Assembly (NCBI GenBank): GCA_965262915.1
Contig: OZ253564.1
Location: forward strand, 4,960,001 to 5,024,000
Direction of reading: 5' to 3'
Source: Candidatus Spongiisociaceae bacterium
Lineage (GTDB): Bacteria > Actinomycetota > Acidimicrobiia > Spongiisociales > Spongiisociaceae
Length of the DNA stretch: 64,000 nucleotides
A program made the position numbers and the translations under genes. The notes beneath the pieces are model-generated. The model saw only the letters and a list, made by a program, of their open reading frames with translations. It was not told the origin of the DNA and made no database searches. Positions 46,485-58,103 of the stretch are shown piece after piece. Each line of letters starts with the position of its first letter. The first letter of the stretch is position 1.

Positions 46485-47234
46485 GTGGGGGCTGTGACAG
46501 ATGGGCCTCTCACATACCGGGTCGAGGAATTGGCCACTGAGGCGGGTATAGGCGTCGATACCATCCGCTACTACCAGGGGATGGGGCTGTTGCCCCCTAC
46601 GGATCGCGATGGCCGCGCGGTCGTCTACGGACCTGCACACCTCACCCGGCTGCGGACCATCCGGGCGCTGGCGGATGACGGATTCACGCTCGCGCAGATC
46701 AAGCGGCTCCTGGACGAGTCCGGACACCCGCTACTTGTCTCGCTAGCCGGAACGGTTGTCGGATTGACCAGAGCCGAACTGGCCGAGCGATCCGGACTGG
46801 CACCGCCATTGGTGGACATTGCGGTCTCGACCGGCCTCATCGAACCGCTGGGCGGGGGTGGCGACGAGCGTTTCTCACCCGATGTGGCACCGATGCTGGC
46901 CGCCGGACTGTCACTGCTGGAAGCCGGTTTCCCGCTCGACCGGCTTGCCGCTCTGGCTACCCGCCATGCAACCGGGGTGGAGAGCGTGGTCGACGAGGCG
47001 ATCGACCTGTTCAAGGAACATGTACGATCCGGCCAGTCGGACAGCCCCGATGCCCTCGCCGGGTTGTTCCTGACATTGGTAACCCACGTGACCAGGCTTG
47101 TCGCTCAGCACTTCCATCACACCGTCGCAAGCCGAGTGAAAGAACGACTCGAAGGATCCGACGACGTGGCGCTGGTCGCAGCCCTCGAGAACGCCGGGAA
47201 GCAACAACTCGTCATCTCCACCGAATGGCGATGA
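46485..47234 (+). CDS. MerR family regulator with tandem HTH
   Basis: YRVEELA..AGIGVDTIRYYQ..GLL; second HTH LTRAELAERSG. Confidence 0.85.
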   Translation: MGAVTDGPLTYRVEELATEAGIGVDTIRYYQGMGLLPPTDRDGRAVVYGPAHLTRLRTIRALADDGFTLAQIKRLLDESGHPLLVSLAGTVVGLTRAELAERSGLAPPLVDIAVSTGLIEPLGGGGDERFSPDVAPMLAAGLSLLEAGFPLDRLAALATRHATGVESVVDEAIDLFKEHVRSGQSDSPDALAGLFLTLVTHVTRLVAQHFHHTVASRVKERLEGSDDVALVAALENAGKQQLVISTEWR

Positions 47235-50200
47235 GCGACAGGAGCCATCTGGAGAAACGGATCGCCCAGGCAGCTGCAAGGGCGGCGGTTTCAGGTAGGC
47301 CATCTGTGGTCACCGTGGCCGCCCGAGCGGATGGTGCCGACCCCTTAGCCGTAGCCTTGGGAAGCGACCCGCCATTCGCATACTGGGAGATGCCGGACCG
47401 TGGTTTCTCCTTTGCAGCACTCGGCGAAGCGCACCGGATAGTTCCGGGGCGGGAGACCAACAGATTCAGAAGCGCCTCGGCGGCCCTGCGCGACCTGGTT
47501 ACCCGGACCCACCAAGTGTCCCTGGACGGAGCAGAACGGACGCCGATGCTGGTGGGCGGCTTCTCGTTCCATCCGGAGGGCGGTTGGCCAGGGTTCCCGG
47601 CCGGCTGCCTTGCCTTGCCCGAATTGGCCCTCATCCAGCGCGACCGGGGCAGTGTGTGGGTGGCAGCGACCGAGATAACGGACGCGGATGATCCTGAAAC
47701 CCGAGCGGACGCGCTGATCGAACGAATCGAGAAGGCCCGTACCAACCACATTCCACGAATCACTCCAAAGGTGTTCGACCGTCCTGAAGCCGGCAGCGTC
47801 GACCTCACCGACCCCGCTTTCCTGGACGTGGCGGCCGTAGCGATCCGCCAGGTTCGTAGCGGAACCCTCAGGAAGGTCGTCCTGGCTCGGCAGGTCGAGT
47901 TGGACCATCGTCCCGATCTCGGCCCGTTTCTGGCCGCGCTCCGCCAGATCCACCACACCTGCGCTGTCTTCGCCTTCGGCCGCGAGGGGGGCTCGGTCTT
48001 CTGCGGAGCAACGCCCGAACTTCTGGCCCGGGTCGACGGCGTCGGCGTATCCACGCTCGCCCTGGCCGGCACCGCTCCCCGGGGCAGCAGCCGTGCCGAC
48101 GACGACCTGCTCGCCGACCGCCTCCGTAACGATCCCAAGGAACTGGAGGAACACGAATACGTGCACTCCGAGGTCTTGCGCCGGCTGGATGAAGAGGGCT
48201 TCGTCGTTGCGCCTCCTGCACCTACCGAGGTGATGAAACTAGCCGGTATCCAGCATCTGGCCACTCGGGTCACCGCCATCGCCCCGGTCGGGACCAACGT
48301 CTTGGACGTGGTGGGAGCCCTGCACCCAACCCCTGCCGTGGCCGGCCTGCCAAGGGATCGCGCCGTGGAGTGGATCGAAGAGCAAGAGCCACTCGACCGA
48401 GGCTGGTACGCCGGACCGATCGGCTACTGCGATCTGGCCGGCAACGGTGAGTTCCATGTCGCCATACGTTCCTGCCTGATCGAAGGGGAGCGCACCCGGC
48501 TCTTCGCCGGCTCCGGCATCGTGGGAACCTCCTCGCCCGAGCGGGAACTGAAGGAGACCGACCTCAAGCTGGGCGCGATCCTACCGTCGTTGTTCGGGAT
48601 GCAGGACCACCGCTGGCGTACGTATGCAACCGCCGACACTCTGCTCGCTTCCCTCCGCTCGGGAGGGGTGGAAAGCGTCGTGATCTCACCCGGTTCCCGA
48701 TCCACCCCTCTGGTCGTCGCCGCGGCGAGCGAGGGACCACCCTCGCACGTAGTGCTCGACGAGCGGTCAGCCGGTTTCGTGGCGCTGGGAATGGCCAAGG
48801 CTTCCGGTAGGCCGGCGGCGCTGATCTGCACATCCGGCTCGGCCGCAGCCAACTACCTGCCGGCCGTCGTTGAAGCCGACCGGGCCCGCGTGCCACTCGT
48901 GGTGCTGACCGCCGATCGGCCACCCGGGTTTCTCGACAGGGACGCTCCCCAGACCATCGATCAGGTAGGACTCTACGGCTCCCATATCCGGGCGGCTGTC
49001 AACCTACCCGTCGCCCACGAATGCAACCCGCGCCAGGTGCTGCAGGAAGCGATCCGGGCAATCCGGGCCGCCGAGCCCCCCAATGCGGGCCCCGTCCACG
49101 TCAACGTCCCCTTCGCCAAACCCCTCGAGCCGCCCACCCTCCGCGAACTGCAGGTCGACCTACCGGTAACCGGGTCAGTACCGCGACCGACCGGTGGCGC
49201 GGGCGCAGCCTCGGTCGAGGCGTTGAGCAACTTCATCGGGAGGTCCGGGCGCGGGGTGATCGTGGTGGGACCGCGCAGCACTGACCCGGCCGAGCGGGAG
49301 GCTATCGCCGGGCTCGGTTCAGCATCGGCCTGGCCCATCCTCGCCGACGGGATGTCCGGGTTAAGGGTCCTCGAACACCAGAACCTCCTCACGACGGGAG
49401 ACCTCCTGCTGCGGGATACATCCTTCGTTGCGGCCCACCGGCCGGACGCAGTGGTGCGGATCGGACCCACCCCGACCGGATCGACCACCCAGGGCTGGCT
49501 GGAGTCACTCGATGTTCCCGTTGCCGTGCTGGACCCGGACTTCCGATGGTCAGTTCCCGGACCGGAACTGGTCCTGCGCGATCCTATAGGCCCGCTCCTC
49601 GAAGTGGTGTCACCCCGTCCCCTCGGACCCGGATGGTCGGCTTCGTGGCGTGCAGCCGAGGAGCGCGTACGCCGCCGTCGCGCGGTCGAGCGCTCCCAGC
49701 ACGCCGATACCGAACTGGCTGTCACGGCTGCGGTGCTCGAGTCCGAGCCGGTGGTGTGGACTGCCTCCAGCATGCCGGTGCGGCACGTGGACGCGATGAT
49801 GGAGCCGGGATGCGGCGCGCTGGTGCTCGGCAATCGGGGCGCGTGCGGGATCGACGGAACCATCGCCTCGGCAACCGGCGCTGCCCTGGCGCTCGGAAGG
49901 CGGGTGACCGCCCTGGTAGGCGACCTCGCCTTCCTCCACGACGTCGGTTCGCTGGCCGCGGCCCGGAGACTTGAGGTGGATCTCTCGATAGTCGTACTGG
50001 ACAACGGAGGAGGCGCCATCTTCGAAGCTCTCCCCTACCTGCGATCCCTCCGCGAGGCGGGTGACGAGAAGGCCTACGCCAAGGGACGGGAACTGTTCGT
50101 CACCCCCCACAGCCAGGATCTAGTCGCCGTGGCGGCCGGATTCGGCGTGCCGGCCGAGCGGGTGCGTCCCGAAAAGCTACCCGCGGCGCTGGCCGGGGGG

Positions 50201-50395
50201 CATAGCCGGGCGGGCATCTGCGTCTTCGTCGTGGAGACCGACCCGGCGGCCATGTTCGCGGCCTACGACCGTCTGGCCGGACGGTGGGACCGGCCTCGCC
50301 GACGGTCCGAAACCGCCGACCCGGCTCAGCCTTTGAAACCGGCGATCAGGTCCTGTTTCAGGTCGGAAAGTTCGGGGCTGAGCGACACGTGGTAG
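47231..50395 (+). CDS. menF-menD: Fused isochorismate synthase (MenF) and SEPHCHC synthase (MenD)
   Basis: KVVLAR, GATPELL, LAGT, HPTPAV, DRGWYAG; then [46 protein letters not shown]; one continuous ORF. Confidence 0.92.
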   Translation: MSDRSHLEKRIAQAAARAAVSGRPSVVTVAARADGADPLAVALGSDPPFAYWEMPDRGFSFAALGEAHRIVPGRETNRFRSASAALRDLVTRTHQVSLDGAERTPMLVGGFSFHPEGGWPGFPAGCLALPELALIQRDRGSVWVAATEITDADDPETRADALIERIEKARTNHIPRITPKVFDRPEAGSVDLTDPAFLDVAAVAIRQVRSGTLRKVVLARQVELDHRPDLGPFLAALRQIHHTCAVFAFGREGGSVFCGATPELLARVDGVGVSTLALAGTAPRGSSRADDDLLADRLRNDPKELEEHEYVHSEVLRRLDEEGFVVAPPAPTEVMKLAGIQHLATRVTAIAPVGTNVLDVVGALHPTPAVAGLPRDRAVEWIEEQEPLDRGWYAGPIGYCDLAGNGEFHVAIRSCLIEGERTRLFAGSGIVGTSSPERELKETDLKLGAILPSLFGMQDHRWRTYATADTLLASLRSGGVESVVISPGSRSTPLVVAAASEGPPSHVVLDERSAGFVALGMAKASGRPAALICTSGSAAANYLPAVVEADRARVPLVVLTADRPPGFLDRDAPQTIDQVGLYGSHIRAAVNLPVAHECNPRQVLQEAIRAIRAAEPPNAGPVHVNVPFAKPLEPPTLRELQVDLPVTGSVPRPTGGAGAASVEALSNFIGRSGRGVIVVGPRSTDPAEREAIAGLGSASAWPILADGMSGLRVLEHQNLLTTGDLLLRDTSFVAAHRPDAVVRIGPTPTGSTTQGWLESLDVPVAVLDPDFRWSVPGPELVLRDPIGPLLEVVSPRPLGPGWSASWRAAEERVRRRRAVERSQHADTELAVTAAVLESEPVVWTASSMPVRHVDAMMEPGCGALVLGNRGACGIDGTIASATGAALALGRRVTALVGDLAFLHDVGSLAAARRLEVDLSIVVLDNGGGAIFEALPYLRSLREAGDEKAYAKGRELFVTPHSQDLVAVAAGFGVPAERVRPEKLPAALAGGHSRAGICVFVVETDPAAMFAAYDRLAGRWDRPRRRSETADPAQPLKPAIRSCFRSESSGLSDTW

Positions 50396-51855
50396 GTGTG
50401 GGGATTGACCAGCCGCCGCACCCCGGGATCGAGCCTGGCCAGATCGGCGGCTCGCCGCGCCCGGGCGGCCTCGATATCCCCGACACCGTCGCGTATCCTT
50501 CCTCCGCGGTCCAGTACCTTCACCCGGAGGGACTCCACTTCGGAGACCTGGAAGTGGGTGAGGGTTCTCGTCACATCCGGATGGCTGGGGTGCACCAGGC
50601 GGATGGGGCGATCGTCCGGGTGGTGGTCGTTGAGGGTGACCATGTCGGCAGTGGCGGTACCTCGGCTGTCGTAGACCCTCCATAGGCGCTTGCGCCCCGG
50701 GTCCGGGACCTTGGCCGGGCTCTCCGAGATCTTGATCGCCGGAGCCCACTCGCCGTCGGAGGCCTCGATCGCCACCAGCTTGAACACCCCGCTGAGGCTC
50801 GGGTAGCCGTGGGATGTGGCCAGCCGGGTCCCCACCCCGTACACCAGCCGGTCGAGCAGCCGGCCGGCCTCGACGCCGTAGCGGGCGGCCTCCTCGGCGA
50901 TCTGGTTGCGGATCTGCCAGATGGTCAACTCGTCCAGTTCCGAGGACAGGACAATCGACACGTCGGCGAAGCCGGCCTTGTCCAGCAGGGCCGCGGAACG
51001 GATGGCCAGATGCGCCAGGTCGCCGGAATCGAGCCGGACCCCCACCGGCCGGTGTCCCCGGCGGCGCAGTTCCTCGAACACGGTGATGGCGTTGGGAATG
51101 CCCGACCCGAGGGTGTCGATGGTGTCGACCAGCAGCAGGCAGTCGTCGGGATAGACATCGGCGTAGGCGCGGAAGGCGTCCAGCTCGCTTCCGGAGTCCG
51201 CCATGAAGACCTGCACCATCGAATGGGCGTGCGTCCCCTTGGACGGGAACCCCAACTGGTGGGAGGCAGCGAAGTTCGAGGACCCGACCGCTCCGCCGAT
51301 CAGGGAAGAGCGGGTCGCCACGGTGGCGGCCGCTCCCGGCGCCCGGCGCATACCGAACTCCATCACCGCGGCGCCCCCGGCCGCTTCCACCACCCGCGAG
51401 GTCTTGGTGGCGATCAGGGTGGCGTAGTTGAGCCGGTTGAGGAGGGGGGTTTCCAGCAGCTGGGCGACCGCCAGCGGCGCCTCGACGGTGAGGACCGGGG
51501 TGTTGGGATGGACCACCCTGCCCTCGGGCACCGCCCAGATGGAGGCGTCCGCGAAGCCGTCCGATCGGGTAAGCCACTCGATGAACGGGTCTCCGAACAG
51601 CCGATCCCCGGTGCTGGTCCTGATGTCTCGGAGGGCCGACCGCTCCTCCCTTCCGAACCAGGTCCGATCGATCCAGCCCAGCAAGGGTCCCAGCCCGGCC
51701 GTGATGCAGTAGCCGGCCTGGTGGCTCCCGTAATCGGGGTACGAGCGGAACAGGTAGTCGAACTGGGCTCGTCGTTCGTCCAGCCCGTACCGGTGGTAGA
51801 GCTGCGCCATCGTGAGCTGGTAATGGTCCGTGAAAAGGATGCCCTCGGTGAGCAC
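50326..51855 (-). CDS. pncB: Nicotinate phosphoribosyltransferase
   Basis: [37 protein letters not shown]. Confidence 0.93.
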   Translation of the reverse strand: MLTEGILFTDHYQLTMAQLYHRYGLDERRAQFDYLFRSYPDYGSHQAGYCITAGLGPLLGWIDRTWFGREERSALRDIRTSTGDRLFGDPFIEWLTRSDGFADASIWAVPEGRVVHPNTPVLTVEAPLAVAQLLETPLLNRLNYATLIATKTSRVVEAAGGAAVMEFGMRRAPGAAATVATRSSLIGGAVGSSNFAASHQLGFPSKGTHAHSMVQVFMADSGSELDAFRAYADVYPDDCLLLVDTIDTLGSGIPNAITVFEELRRRGHRPVGVRLDSGDLAHLAIRSAALLDKAGFADVSIVLSSELDELTIWQIRNQIAEEAARYGVEAGRLLDRLVYGVGTRLATSHGYPSLSGVFKLVAIEASDGEWAPAIKISESPAKVPDPGRKRLWRVYDSRGTATADMVTLNDHHPDDRPIRLVHPSHPDVTRTLTHFQVSEVESLRVKVLDRGGRIRDGVGDIEAARARRAADLARLDPGVRRLVNPHTYHVSLSPELSDLKQDLIAGFKG

Positions 51856-52020
51856 ACCCCAACGTTACCCGAGCTACCTCCCGTGACGGAAGCCGAATCA
51901 TCGTTCCGCCCACGGAATCGATAGATCGGAGAATACCATCTGCCAACCCTCCGAGGATCGACGACGCGGGACGACCCGCCCCCGGTTGAACCGCCCCCCG
52001 GTACAGGTCCGGAACCTCAA

Positions 52021-52053
52021 CGGGTGCGCATATGTCCACGGGTACGCATATGT
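52021..52053. repeat. Direct repeat CGGGTRCGCATATGT x2 (18-bp period)
   Basis: Directly visible upstream of the nuclease-like gene. Confidence 0.65.
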
Positions 52054-52100
52054 ATATTGGTGTATAGCGACCCTCCCGGGGTGCCACATGGGGTGATCGC

Positions 52101-53181
52101 ATGACCGGCATATGGACGGACACGGGCGATGGCTGGAAGTTGGGCTCCCCCCGGCCGTACGACGATGAAGCCACCCTGCATCGCCTCATTGCCGATTACC
52201 CGCAACTCCTGCCTCTGGCCGGCTCGTCCCGCCTGCGGGTCTTCGGCTCGGAGGTGCCGCTGGGCCCCGGATGCGCGGATATTCTGGCGGTGGAGTCCTT
52301 GGGACGCCCCACGATCATCGAGGTGAAGCTCTCCCGCAATCGAGAGGCGCGCCGGGAGATCGTGGCGCAGGTACTCGCCTATGCCGCCTTTCTTCGAGGC
52401 TTCGACGTGGAAGGCCTGGAACGCGGTCCCCTGCGCAGCTCTCTCGTGAGGGCTGGGTACGGGTCCATCCTCGAGGCGGTGCAGGGCCAGGACCAGGAAG
52501 GTGCAGTGGACTCCGATTCCTTCGTGGCCTCGTTGCAGGAGTACTTGGATCGGGGCAGTTTCCGGCTGGTGCTCGTGCTGGACGAGGTTTCGGCCGAATT
52601 GGAGAGGGTCGTCGCCTACCTGGACGCCTTGACTCTTCAGGCCCTCACGATCGACCTGATAACTCTGAATGTTCTATGAGGTGAACAACGCAAGGATCGC
52701 CCTACCCCAACGTGTGTCGCCTGACCTCGACGCGGCTATGCCCGTCCTGTCCTCCGGCGGGGCACGGTCATCCGGTTCCAAGGGCACCTTGTCCGATGGT
52801 ACCGGCGCGTTTCGAGCCTCGATTGCGGAGACCACGGGCGAGATCCGGGCCATGTTCGACGATTTGATCCAGTGGGCAGAGCGCGTTGCCAAACTTCCCG
52901 GCGTACGCCTCTTCACGTACAAGGGAGTAGCCGAGCGATACACCTTGCTGCCGAGAATCATGCCGGACAAGGCCGGCCTGGTGACCATCTGGAACGACAA
53001 GCAGAAACCCTACATCTCGGTGTGGCGCTCCGTGTTCGAGCGACATGCTCCTGACTCGATCGATGCCGTTGAAGCAACGATCGCGCCGCTGAAGCTCGCG
53101 CAGGGAAATACCATACACGAGATAACGCCCGGGTTTCTCGAAGCCGTGATGGCGACCTATCAGGAAGCCGACCGGCAATAG
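52101..53181 (+). pseudogene. PD-(D/E)XK (NucS/DUF91-like) nuclease-domain protein split into two ORFs (52101-52679, 52669-53181)
   Basis: E..L...ADILAVE..G..TIIEVKL...Q.L.YA motif; the second ORF reads as a continuation, suggesting a frameshift near 52670. Confidence 0.6.
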
Positions 53182-53279
53182 GTCAGGCGGTAGTGCACGG
53201 CCGATCGGCTGGATGTCTTCCGAGCCGGGCGGGCCCCCGGCGTCCGGCTTCGGACCCGTCCGGTTAACCTCATCGGACC

Positions 53280-53867
53280 ATGAAGGGATACGACAACCAA
53301 ACGGCTCTGGTAGTGGTGGATGTCCAGAACGACTTCGCCGATCCGTCCGGGAGCCTGTACGTGCAGGGTGGGGACACCGAGGTGGTCCCCGCTGTGAACC
53401 GGGAGATCGACGGGGCTGTGGCGGCGGGGGCGAGCATCTTCTACACGCAGGACTGGCACCCCGAGCGTACGCCCCACTTCGCCGTCGACGGCGGCATCTG
53501 GCCCGTTCACTGCGTGGGGGGATCGGCCGGGGCCGACTTCCATCCCGATCTGCGGGTCGAGGGGCCGAGCGTCCACAAGGGCGCCAACGGCGAGGACGGA
53601 TACTCCGGGTTCACCATGAGGGACCCCGTTTCCGGAGAGACGATTCCCACTCCCCTGGCGTCGATGATCCGTGATGTCGCCTGCAAGCGGGTGGTCGTGG
53701 TCGGGCTCGCCCTCGACTACTGCGTGAAAGACACCGCCCTCGACTCTGCACGGGAAGGTTTCGAGACCACCGTCCTGCTGGGCGCCACCGCCGCTGTGAA
53801 CCTATCGCCCGATGACGGCGAGAAGGCTATAGACGAACTACGCCAGGCAGGTGTAACAATCAAGTGA
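53280..53867 (+). CDS. pncA: Nicotinamidase/pyrazinamidase
   Basis: VVDVQNDF, TQDWH, WPVHCV, YSGF, GLALDYCV. Confidence 0.93.
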   Translation: MKGYDNQTALVVVDVQNDFADPSGSLYVQGGDTEVVPAVNREIDGAVAAGASIFYTQDWHPERTPHFAVDGGIWPVHCVGGSAGADFHPDLRVEGPSVHKGANGEDGYSGFTMRDPVSGETIPTPLASMIRDVACKRVVVVGLALDYCVKDTALDSAREGFETTVLLGATAAVNLSPDDGEKAIDELRQAGVTIK

Positions 53868-54188
53868 GGCGCGGGGGACCATCCGTCCGCGCCGACCCAA
53901 AGCCATCGGAGCCCGACTCAGCACGGTTCGTCATCACAACCGGTTCCACGGGTTGAGCACCTCAAGCCCTTCGAAGCGCCCGAAGCCGCCGGTATTGCGA
54001 GTGACAACCGCCATACCGTTGACAGCGTCACCTCCGGCCGGCCGGCCAGGCGTATGCCGGGATGTTGTGGCAGGCGGTCACCCCGCTCCCGTCAGCGGTG
54101 GAGCGGGGAACCGGTCGGACCGGCTGGAAACGGGCTAGGGTTACGTGTGAGCCAGGCACCAGGTCCGGCTTGAACAGAGAGAGAATTA

Positions 54189-54386
54189 ATGCAAGGAACG
54201 GTCAAGTTTTTCAATAGTGATAGGGGCTTCGGCTTCATCTCCCGTGACGGAGGCGCCGATGTGTTCGTTCACTACTCCAACATCGTTGGAGAGGTCTACA
54301 GGTCCCTCGACGCGGGTCAGACGGTCGAATTCGACATCGGGCAAGGCCGTAAGGGCGATGAAGCCCAGAACGTCAGACGCGTCTGA
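54189..54386 (+). CDS. cspA: Cold-shock protein, copy 1
   Basis: GTVKFFN..RGFGFI..DVFVHYS. Confidence 0.93.
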   Translation: MQGTVKFFNSDRGFGFISRDGGADVFVHYSNIVGEVYRSLDAGQTVEFDIGQGRKGDEAQNVRRV

Positions 54387-54568
54387 CCGAACAGGCTCGG
54401 CGAAACGAGCGGGTGCGATGGAACTTCCCGATGACGTGGGGTTGTCCGGCTTCTCACAGGTCGGTGCCCGGCGGCGGTGGATCGGAGAACCGGTCGGACC
54501 GGCTGAAAAACGGGCTAGGGTTACGTGTGAGCCAGGCACCAGGTCCGGCTTGAACAGAGAGAGAATTA

Positions 54569-54766
54569 ATGCAAGGAACGGTCAAGTTTTTCAATAGTGA
54601 TAGGGGCTTCGGCTTCATCTCCCGTGACGGAGGCGCCGATGTGTTCGTTCACTACTCCAACATCGTTGGAGAGGTCTACAGGTCCCTCGACGCGGGTCAG
54701 ACGGTCGAATTCGACATCGGGCAAGGCCGTAAGGGCGATGAAGCCCAGAACGTCAGACGCGTCTGA
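54569..54766 (+). CDS. cspA: Cold-shock protein, copy 2 (identical protein)
   Basis: Identical to copy 1. Confidence 0.93.
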   Translation: MQGTVKFFNSDRGFGFISRDGGADVFVHYSNIVGEVYRSLDAGQTVEFDIGQGRKGDEAQNVRRV

Positions 54767-55028
54767 CCGAACAGGCTCGGCGAAACGAGTGGGAGCGGCC
54801 GCGACACGCGGCCGCTCTCTACGTTGACGGTCGCCGCCCGGAGGATCGCACGAGAACCTGTGGTATCCTCGGGTGCAATCCGGCCGGTAGGTCGGTTGGT
54901 GGGTTCGCAGACGGGTCTTGGTTTTTCCAGTCATCGTGGACCAAACCCGAAAGATGGCCCGACCTCATCACCCCTTTGAGGCGCCACCGAACCCCGTGAG
55001 TCGTCCGCGTGAAGCGGCAAGGAGACCA

Positions 55029-56351
55029 ATGACCCCCACATTCGCCCAACTGGGCGTCCCCAAGTCCATAGGCCACGCCCTCGCTCGGCGTGGCATAACC
55101 CAACCATTCGAGATCCAAGCGGCCGCGATCGCCGACGCGATGAGGGGACGCGACGTTTGCGGTCGCGCTCCCACCGGATCGGGCAAGACGCTCGCCTTCG
55201 GGATTCCGCTCGTAGTGAATGCCGGACATGCCGAACCACACAAGCCCAAGGCGCTGGTGCTGGCCCCGACCCGCGAGCTCGCCGAGCAGATCACAACCGA
55301 GCTTCGCTCCTTCTCGGGGAAAACACGGGTCGCGGTCGTCTACGGAGGCGTCGGATACGGCCCCCAGTTCAGCTCCTTCCGTCGTGGCGTTGACATACTG
55401 GTGGCGTGCCCCGGTCGCCTCGAAGACCTGATCCGTCAAGGCGCTGTCCACCTCTCTGCGGTGGAACGGGTCGTAATCGACGAGGCCGACCGTATGGCCG
55501 ACATGGGGTTCATACCCGCGGTCCGACGCCTCCTCGACCAAACAACCAGGAGACGGCAGACGATGCTGTTCTCCGCCACACTCGACGGCGCGGTCAGGTC
55601 ACTCACCAACGACTACCAGCGCGATCCGGTGCGGCACGAAGTAGGCGCCACCACTCCCGATGTCATCGCTGCTGACCATTTGTTCTGGCACGTGACCAGG
55701 AGCGACCGGATCGGGGTCAGTGCCAGGGCCATCGACGCGGCAGGATCCACGATCGTCTTTTGCCGGACTCGGCATGGCTGTGATCGGGTGGCCAAGCAAC
55801 TCGCTCGACGGGGCATCTCCACAGCCGCAATCCACGGTAGACGGAACCAGAACCAGCGCACCAGAGCACTGAATGACTTCGCCACCGGAAGGGTGCGAGC
55901 GTTGGTCGCGACCGACGTCGTCGCACGAGGCATCCATGTCGAAGACGTCCAGGCCATCATCCACTTCGACCTTCCCGCCGACCACAAGGCCTACCTCCAC
56001 CGATCAGGCCGTACCGCCCGAGCCGGCAAGGGCGGCATCGTGATCTCGCTCGTCCCGCCCGATCAAGTCAAAGAACTCCGACATATGACACGCCGCCTCG
56101 GCTTGCGGCAGCCCATCACCAACGTGGACCTCACCGCCATCCCAACGCCCGGCCCCAAGACACGCCGTCCCGGACCCAGCAGGATGGGCGCCGGTTCGAA
56201 CGGACGCCCCATGAACCCCCGGCGTCCACGCCGCACGTCAGGACGCCCGGCCAACAGGAGGCCGTCCCGGCACCGACCGAGCAGTAACAAACGGTCACCG
56301 TCCAACAGGCGCAACAGGCGCGTATCCACCAAGGCGACCAACCGACGTTGA
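55029..56351 (+). CDS. DEAD-box RNA helicase with basic C-terminal tail
   Basis: APTGSGKT, PTRELA, DEAD, SAT, ARGIHV, HRSGRTARAG. Confidence 0.95.
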   Translation: MTPTFAQLGVPKSIGHALARRGITQPFEIQAAAIADAMRGRDVCGRAPTGSGKTLAFGIPLVVNAGHAEPHKPKALVLAPTRELAEQITTELRSFSGKTRVAVVYGGVGYGPQFSSFRRGVDILVACPGRLEDLIRQGAVHLSAVERVVIDEADRMADMGFIPAVRRLLDQTTRRRQTMLFSATLDGAVRSLTNDYQRDPVRHEVGATTPDVIAADHLFWHVTRSDRIGVSARAIDAAGSTIVFCRTRHGCDRVAKQLARRGISTAAIHGRRNQNQRTRALNDFATGRVRALVATDVVARGIHVEDVQAIIHFDLPADHKAYLHRSGRTARAGKGGIVISLVPPDQVKELRHMTRRLGLRQPITNVDLTAIPTPGPKTRRPGPSRMGAGSNGRPMNPRRPRRTSGRPANRRPSRHRPSSNKRSPSNRRNRRVSTKATNRR

Positions 56352-56739
56352 GCGGGCGCGCGCAGGAATACCGACCGTAACCGGCCGGGTTCTCCCAGCC
56401 GGTTACGGCCAGGAGAACCCCTGGCCCCATCGCCAACCGATTGACCATGACAGACGACTTCTACCCAGGTCAGCGGCCTACCCCCAAACCTTCCAAGCCC
56501 GCCCATAGTGGCTCCTGCGCCTCCACCCTTCCCAACCGCAGGCGACCTCCGCGAAGTCTGCGCCCCTCGGATCTTCGACGACCTGGACCGTCGCTCGTGG
56601 TCAGGGGTGTTGTCGGATCAGCCGCCGGGCATCCGTCGGTACCAGCGAGGGCGATGGGACTTTCCTATTGGGTAGCACCCCCCGACTTCGGGGCGCTCGT
56701 TGGAGGTCGGAGTGAGAGCCGGCCTCCCCGTACTGTTCG

Positions 56740-57588
56740 TTATCCGAGGGGAGGTCCGGGTCGGGGACCGGTAGCTACGGGAAATCCGGCCGACGACCAG
56801 TCGGACCATGAGCCCGGGTAGAGTATCGCTTCCGGGAACCCGGCCAGGTGCAGGGCCAGGATGTTGTGGCATGCGGTGACTCCGCTCCCACACGAGCTGA
56901 CGATGGGCATCGAGGTATCGATTCCCAGATCGGTGAAGCGGGCTGCCAGCTGCTTCGGCGACTTGAACAGACCGTCCGATCCCAGGTTGCCGCCGGTGGG
57001 GGCCGAAATCGAGGTCGGAATGTGCCCCGCCGCCGCATCGATCGGCTCGATTTCCCCGCGGTAGCGCTCCGGAGGGCGGGCGTCGATCACCTGGACGGAT
57101 CCCAGCCGGGATCGCAGGGAGAGGCGATCGATGGTGGAGGTGCAGCCGCACCCGGCTTCGAACGTGGTGCCGGGCAGGTGTGGAACTGCCGTCGTGGTGG
57201 GGCCACCGGAGGCTGCCCATTCGTGGTAACCGCCGTCCACCACGCTGACCCGGTGGTGCCCGACGCTGCGCAGCATCCACCACAGGCGGGCTGCGATAGC
57301 GCCGGAGCCTTGGTCGTACACCACCACATGATGCCGGTTGCCGATCCTGTGCCGGCCCAGCATGGCGCCGAAAGCGGCTCGTCTGGGAAGCGGATGCCGA
57401 CCGGGTCCGGTGGTTGCGGACAGATCGTGATCCAGATCGAGGAACACGGCGCCGGGGATGTGGCCTTTCTCGTACCGGCGGTGACCCCCTCCGGGCTCCT
57501 CGATATACCACCGGGTGTCCACCACCCGGATACCGGGGTCGTCGAGGCTCCCGGCCAACCAGGCGCACGAGACGATCGGGCGGCTCAC
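56740..57588 (-). CDS. sseA: Sulfurtransferase (rhodanese, SseA-like)
   Basis: GHIPGA, GRHPLP, ARLWW, CGSGVTAC, LYPGSWSDW. Confidence 0.92.
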   Translation of the reverse strand: MSRPIVSCAWLAGSLDDPGIRVVDTRWYIEEPGGGHRRYEKGHIPGAVFLDLDHDLSATTGPGRHPLPRRAAFGAMLGRHRIGNRHHVVVYDQGSGAIAARLWWMLRSVGHHRVSVVDGGYHEWAASGGPTTTAVPHLPGTTFEAGCGCTSTIDRLSLRSRLGSVQVIDARPPERYRGEIEPIDAAAGHIPTSISAPTGGNLGSDGLFKSPKQLAARFTDLGIDTSMPIVSSCGSGVTACHNILALHLAGFPEAILYPGSWSDWSSAGFPVATGPRPGPPLG

Positions 57589-58103
57589 CCGCTCGACCCC
57601 GTGGGTCTCGGGCCGGGCCGGGGGGTGCTACGGACCGTCGATCCCACCGACGAGAGGGCGAAGGTCATCCGGATGATGACGTACCACGCCAGCACCAGAG
57701 GCTCCAGCGGGATCGGGAAGTGAGAGTGGAGATGCATCCTCCTGGTGGTCCACATGCGAAGCTCGGCGATCGCCGCGCCGGGTTGTCCCAGTGTCCAGCG
57801 CCCCTTGAATCCCGACCGGTTGGTCAGCTCGTATGAGAAGCGGATGCCGGACAGCTCCCATCGTCGCCCCCACGGATCGAGGCGCTCCGCCGAGACCAGG
57901 AGGCGATCGCCGTCCAGGACCCGGAGCCCGTCGGCGCCGTCCGGAATGATCATCCAGGTACTCCCGTCGGGCAGATCCACGCGTGCCGTCCGCCGGCGAG
58001 CCGGGATAGCCCGGGCGAGGGATCCGGCCGGGGAGTGGAACCGCCACACGGGGGACAAGCCCCGTCTGGAGATGGTGACGACCTCGGGCGCTTCCAGCGT
58101 CAT
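57585..58103 (-). CDS. Hypothetical protein
   Basis: Overlaps both neighbours by 4 bp, as in an operon. Confidence 0.7.
   Translation of the reverse strand: MTLEAPEVVTISRRGLSPVWRFHSPAGSLARAIPARRRTARVDLPDGSTWMIIPDGADGLRVLDGDRLLVSAERLDPWGRRWELSGIRFSYELTNRSGFKGRWTLGQPGAAIAELRMWTTRRMHLHSHFPIPLEPLVLAWYVIIRMTFALSSVGSTVRSTPRPGPRPTGSSG

Larger units (their letters stand above)
54108..54789 (+). repeat. ~300-bp direct duplication (54108-54409, 54487-54789) containing the csp gene and its leader
   Basis: Near-identical sequence; small difference in the upstream GAAA tract. Confidence 0.95.

Noticed and set aside
50177-52189. Long alternative ORFs (e.g. 670 aa here, 28745-30004, 62281-63711, 41894-42973)
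   Set aside because: These are shadow or antisense frames of real genes in high-GC DNA: Arg/Pro/Gly-rich or mirroring the repeats, with no recognisable motifs.
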